Origin: an uncultured virus (IMG/VR IMGVR_UViG_3300042505_000848)
Taxonomy: Duplodnaviria; Heunggongvirae; Uroviricota; Caudoviricetes
Direction: 5' to 3' (one strand)
IMG/VR virus record: IMGVR_UViG_3300042505_000848
DNA length: 56,047 nt
A program made the position numbers and the translations under genes. The notes below the pieces were generated by a model. That model saw only the letters and a list, made by a program, of their open reading frames with translations, was not told where the DNA came from and did not search any database. Numbering within the stretch: position 1 is the stretch's first letter; each line of letters opens with the position of its first letter. Of the stretch, positions 52,827 to 56,047 are shown one piece after another.

Positions 52827-53927
52827 TTATATAGCCGGAAGAGCGTCATAGTCAAGATTTTCGCTCATTATACCTATGACATAATTGGTGCTTTCGCTTT
52901 CTTGCAGAGCCGTTTGCTTTTTGCTGGTATCAACGTGTTTGTTAAACCAAGGAATTGGAGTTGATCTTGGAGCAGCTTGTTGATATTTAATTCCGATTTC
53001 TTTAAGTGCGCTGACTGCTGTGTAATCCACAAAGTCTTTGAGAATGTTGGCATTCAAACCAATCACTGGTCCTTTGTTAAACAAATAGTCAGCCCAGGCT
53101 TTTTCTTCACGGATGACATCTAGATACAGTGCATATACTTCTGCTTCGCATTCTTGCTTGGCTTCTGCAAAGCGGCTGTCTTCTTTGACCACTTGATTGA
53201 TAAGAAAGGCAGTCCAACCTTTGTGTAGAAGTTCATCTTGTAGGATTAGGCTGATAATGTTTCCATTGCCAATAAAGATCTTATTCTCTACCATGGCCAA
53301 GCTGGTAGCGAAAGATACCATAAAGCGGAATGCTTCTAGTGCATAGCTGGCATGTAGTGCCATCCAAATTGCTCGGATATATTCTTTCTCTGGAATGTTT
53401 TCACCCATTTGTTTACGGCAGTTGACCATGTGCAGTGCTTCATAGTAGTTGCCAACACTTGATGCCATGTCTACAATTTCTTTGGTATCATGAATAGTAT
53501 TGAACACATCCTTGGGCACATTGTAGATGTTACGGATGATGTGACTATAGCTCTTGCTGTGAATGTTGGTTTCAAAGAATGTCCAGTTATAGACCAGTGC
53601 TTCTAATTCTGGCAAACTGATAACAGGCATGAATATTTGGCTTGGACCACGTCCTTGCAAACTGTCAAGAGCAGTTTGACGTAGCAAGTTGCTGGTAAAA
53701 ATATGCTTGACTGCATCTGAGGCTTCTTTGAAATCATTTGAATCTTTGGTAAGACTGATCTCTTCTGGCTGCCAAAAGAAACCACGTGCTGTGGCTTCAA
53801 AGTCGGCAATCTTTTTGTATTTGACTTCTTCAAAGCGTTGTATGGTTACCGGGCCAGCTGGGTCCAGAAACATTTTACGATTAAGGTAGTCTGTCTTTGT
53901 GTTTAGGTTGTATTGTTGTTTACTCAT
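52827..53927 (-). CDS. nrdB: Ribonucleotide reductase class Ia beta subunit
   Basis: FFWQPEEI, LDS, ETNIHSKSY (radical Tyr), LEAFRF, DELLH. Confidence 0.97.
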   Translation of the reverse strand: MSKQQYNLNTKTDYLNRKMFLDPAGPVTIQRFEEVKYKKIADFEATARGFFWQPEEISLTKDSNDFKEASDAVKHIFTSNLLRQTALDSLQGRGPSQIFMPVISLPELEALVYNWTFFETNIHSKSYSHIIRNIYNVPKDVFNTIHDTKEIVDMASSVGNYYEALHMVNCRKQMGENIPEKEYIRAIWMALHASYALEAFRFMVSFATSLAMVENKIFIGNGNIISLILQDELLHKGWTAFLINQVVKEDSRFAEAKQECEAEVYALYLDVIREEKAWADYLFNKGPVIGLNANILKDFVDYTAVSALKEIGIKYQQAAPRSTPIPWFNKHVDTSKKQTALQESESTNYVIGIMSENLDYDALPAI

Positions 53928-54369
53928 TTGTTGTGTCGTATGTTTGTTGAAAGATATCTTTCTTTACTGCGCCGTAGTCGCCCTCGCCATGACGTACAAT
54001 GTAATCGTTGCCTTTGGTATAGTTTAGATCACCCCATGATGTGCGTAGCACACCATCATGATCTGCAAGTTTCGCTATCTTGGGGATCTTCTTAGGTGTA
54101 GCGATACCGTTTCCTTGATCGTCTTTGAGATTTTCAAACTTCTCTGGAGTAATAGGATATTTCTCACCTTTTGGACCTGTCATGATATAATGCCCTGCTT
54201 CATATCGAACTGGCCCTTCTAGGGTATCGACTGTTCCGGGTTCTTGGGCGATTTCATACTTTTCTTCAGCTGGCTTTTTAAAAGTTTTAAAAGCACCATC
54301 CTTGAACCATTCATCATCTACCGTAGTAGATTCTGAAATCAAATCAATATATTCTCTTAATGTTTTCAT
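53920..54369 (-). CDS. PGDYG-like protein between nrdA and nrdB
   Basis: TLEGPV...GPKGEKYP...GDYGAVKKDIFQQTY. Confidence 0.7.
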   Translation of the reverse strand: MKTLREYIDLISESTTVDDEWFKDGAFKTFKKPAEEKYEIAQEPGTVDTLEGPVRYEAGHYIMTGPKGEKYPITPEKFENLKDDQGNGIATPKKIPKIAKLADHDGVLRTSWGDLNYTKGNDYIVRHGEGDYGAVKKDIFQQTYDTTNE

Positions 54370-56047
54370 AATTTGCATGCTTCACAATCTTCGTCTTCTT
54401 CTATGACTTCACGTTCGTTGTGGAATCCGTTGTAGTGAACTTCTGGTGTTCTTTGTTCTTGTCTACTGCCAGCTTTGTTGATCAAACTATAGTAGAATGT
54501 TTTCAATCCCCATACATGCGCCTGCATGAGATTCTTGGCTATCAGTGTAGTGGGAACTTTTCGATCTGCGAAGTGTGCAGGATTGTAAAAGGTATTGGTT
54601 GAAATGCTTTGATCAACATATGCAGCCAACACCGCAGCTGTTTTCAAGTAACCGTCACAGTCTTTCTGGTCCCACATCATCTGATACTTGTGTTTCAATC
54701 TATTGTATTCTGGAACCACCTGTGTGAATGATCCTGCCTTGCTTTCTTTGGTAGAGATCAAACTCATAGGCATTTCAATTCCGTTGGTGGAATTGATAAC
54801 CACAGAACTAGACTCCACAGGTGCGATAGCCATTAATGTAGCATTTCGCACACCGTGTTGTTTCATTTCTTGTCGGAGTGGTTCCCAGTCAAGCTCTGGG
54901 GTAAAGTCAGTGAGTTCGTTGACTCCTCTGGCTCTTCTTTCCCAAGGGAACTCTCCCTTGCCGTATCTGGTGTGATCGGAATCTTTGCAACGTCCTCTTT
55001 CTTTCGCCATTTCGACCGTGGCTTCTGTAAGGTAAAAGGCTTGATGCTCCATCCAAACTTTAACTTCTGCCAGTGCGTCTTTGTCGCCATATTTTATTCC
55101 CCTTCTTGCATGCCAATAAGCAAGGTTGGTCACTCCGATGCCTAAGGGTTGGATTTCATCGTTGCTGAGCTTGCTTTGGATGCTCAAGAAATCTTGATAG
55201 TCCAAAATATTGCACAGGCTACGCTGTAGTATGCGACATGCACGGCGCATGTCTTCTGGGTTACGGAACGCACCCCAGTTGATGGATCCCAGTGTACATA
55301 ACGCTATGCGTCCTGTCTCGTCGTCTAGTCTTTTAAATGGACGAGTCGGTAGTAAGATCTCACAGCACAGGTTACTTTGATATATGGTATGATACTCTGG
55401 ATCAAATGGACCCTGCTCCATAACATTATCAATAAACACCAAATAGATGCGACCTGTGTCTGTACGCTCCTTGAGAATGCCTGACCGAAATACTTCTTCA
55501 GCACTCATTGTTTTCTTACGCAAGTCTTTGCGTTTTTCGTATTTTACATATAGCTCTTCAAATCTCTGTGTGTTTTTATAAAATGCTTCGTATAGGTCTG
55601 GGACCTCATTAGGATCAAAGAAGGTTATGTCTTCTTTGTTTTTAAATCGTCTCCAGAAGAAAGCACTAAGCACAACCCCATAATCCATATGACGGACTCG
55701 GGTTTCTTCTGTTCCTTGATTGTTTTTAAGAACAATAAGATCATCAAACTGAAGATGCCAAATAGGATAGAATACAGTAGCACTTGCATTACGAATACCT
55801 CCTTGTGAGCACGAGCGCAAATCTCCAAACCACTTCTTCAAGAAGGGAATCATACCTGTGTGCATGATTTCGCCGCCTCTGATGGGACTACCCAGCGATC
55901 TCAAGCGACCAATCTCTAGTCCAATGCCAGCACGTTTGCTGGCATACTTGGCCATCATCTCACCAGAAGCAAATATGCTATCCAGATCGTCGTCACTGCG
56001 GATAAGAACACAACTAGAAAACTGCTTAGTAGGAGTGCCGAGCCCAG
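54366..56047 (-). CDS. nrdA: Ribonucleotide reductase class Ia alpha subunit (5'-truncated)
   Basis: QGGIRNAS, SNLCCEI, C-terminal CEACKL. Confidence 0.97.
   Translation of the reverse strand, partial: GLGTPTKQFSSCVLIRSDDDLDSIFASGEMMAKYASKRAGIGLEIGRLRSLGSPIRGGEIMHTGMIPFLKKWFGDLRSCSQGGIRNASATVFYPIWHLQFDDLIVLKNNQGTEETRVRHMDYGVVLSAFFWRRFKNKEDITFFDPNEVPDLYEAFYKNTQRFEELYVKYEKRKDLRKKTMSAEEVFRSGILKERTDTGRIYLVFIDNVMEQGPFDPEYHTIYQSNLCCEILLPTRPFKRLDDETGRIALCTLGSINWGAFRNPEDMRRACRILQRSLCNILDYQDFLSIQSKLSNDEIQPLGIGVTNLAYWHARRGIKYGDKDALAEVKVWMEHQAFYLTEATVEMAKERGRCKDSDHTRYGKGEFPWERRARGVNELTDFTPELDWEPLRQEMKQHGVRNATLMAIAPVESSSVVINSTNGIEMPMSLISTKESKAGSFTQVVPEYNRLKHKYQMMWDQKDCDGYLKTAAVLAAYVDQSISTNTFYNPAHFADRKVPTTLIAKNLMQAHVWGLKTFYYSLINKAGSRQEQRTPEVHYNGFHNEREVIEEDEDCEACKL

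Noticed and set aside
53920..54378. Homing endonuclease or intron between nrdA and nrdB
   Set aside because: No HNH, GIY-YIG or LAGLIDADG motif; the visible parts of nrdA and nrdB are uninterrupted
1..56047. Stop-codon reassignment or suppressor tRNAs
   Set aside because: Conserved genes are intact in code 11, and no CTA, TTA or TCA anticodon was found
1..56047. Bacterial chromosome origin (dnaK, infA, rpsU, rpoZ, ssrA)
   Set aside because: The genes lack bacterial operon context (no dnaJ/grpE, gmk/spoT or dnaG) and are mixed with a tail fibre, TAAATA promoters and dense small phage ORFs

Overview
This window comes from a large lytic dsDNA phage with T4-like features: TAAATA late promoters, many consensus sigma70 early promoters, nrdAB, glutaredoxin and a tail fibre. 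DnaK, CspA, AhpC/D and the tmRNA tag suggest a betaproteobacterial host (inference). The genetic code is standard. Contents in order: the end of a biosynthetic cluster (amidinotransferase, 2OG-Fe oxygenases, B12 radical SAM); a tail fibre; a translation-takeover region (IF1, RNAP omega, 28 tRNAs covering all 20 amino acids, several stem-flanked non-tRNA RNAs); small early genes; a curli-like module (CsgF, CsgG, curlins, FecR protein, CHASE2 cyclase); heme oxygenase plus bilin reductase; chaperones and proteases (DnaK, Hsp20, ClpS, ClpP); bS21; cell-wall enzymes; a GHKL ATPase island; AhpC/AhpD; a permuted two-piece tmRNA; and nrdAB. Best candidates for undescribed systems: (1) a ribosome-coupled attenuator ahead of the tRNA operon whose 47-aa leader peptide contains all 20 amino acids, a possible general sensor of tRNA supply; (2) a small RNA inside the tRNA operon with multi-segment complementarity (17-nt perfect core) to the structured 5' leader of the cell-wall hydrolase gene 31 kb away; (3) a curli/cyclase module with a triple TGTT-N8-AACA site; (4) a tmRNA with an apparent 31-aa tag. 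All calls were made by eye, without database searches.
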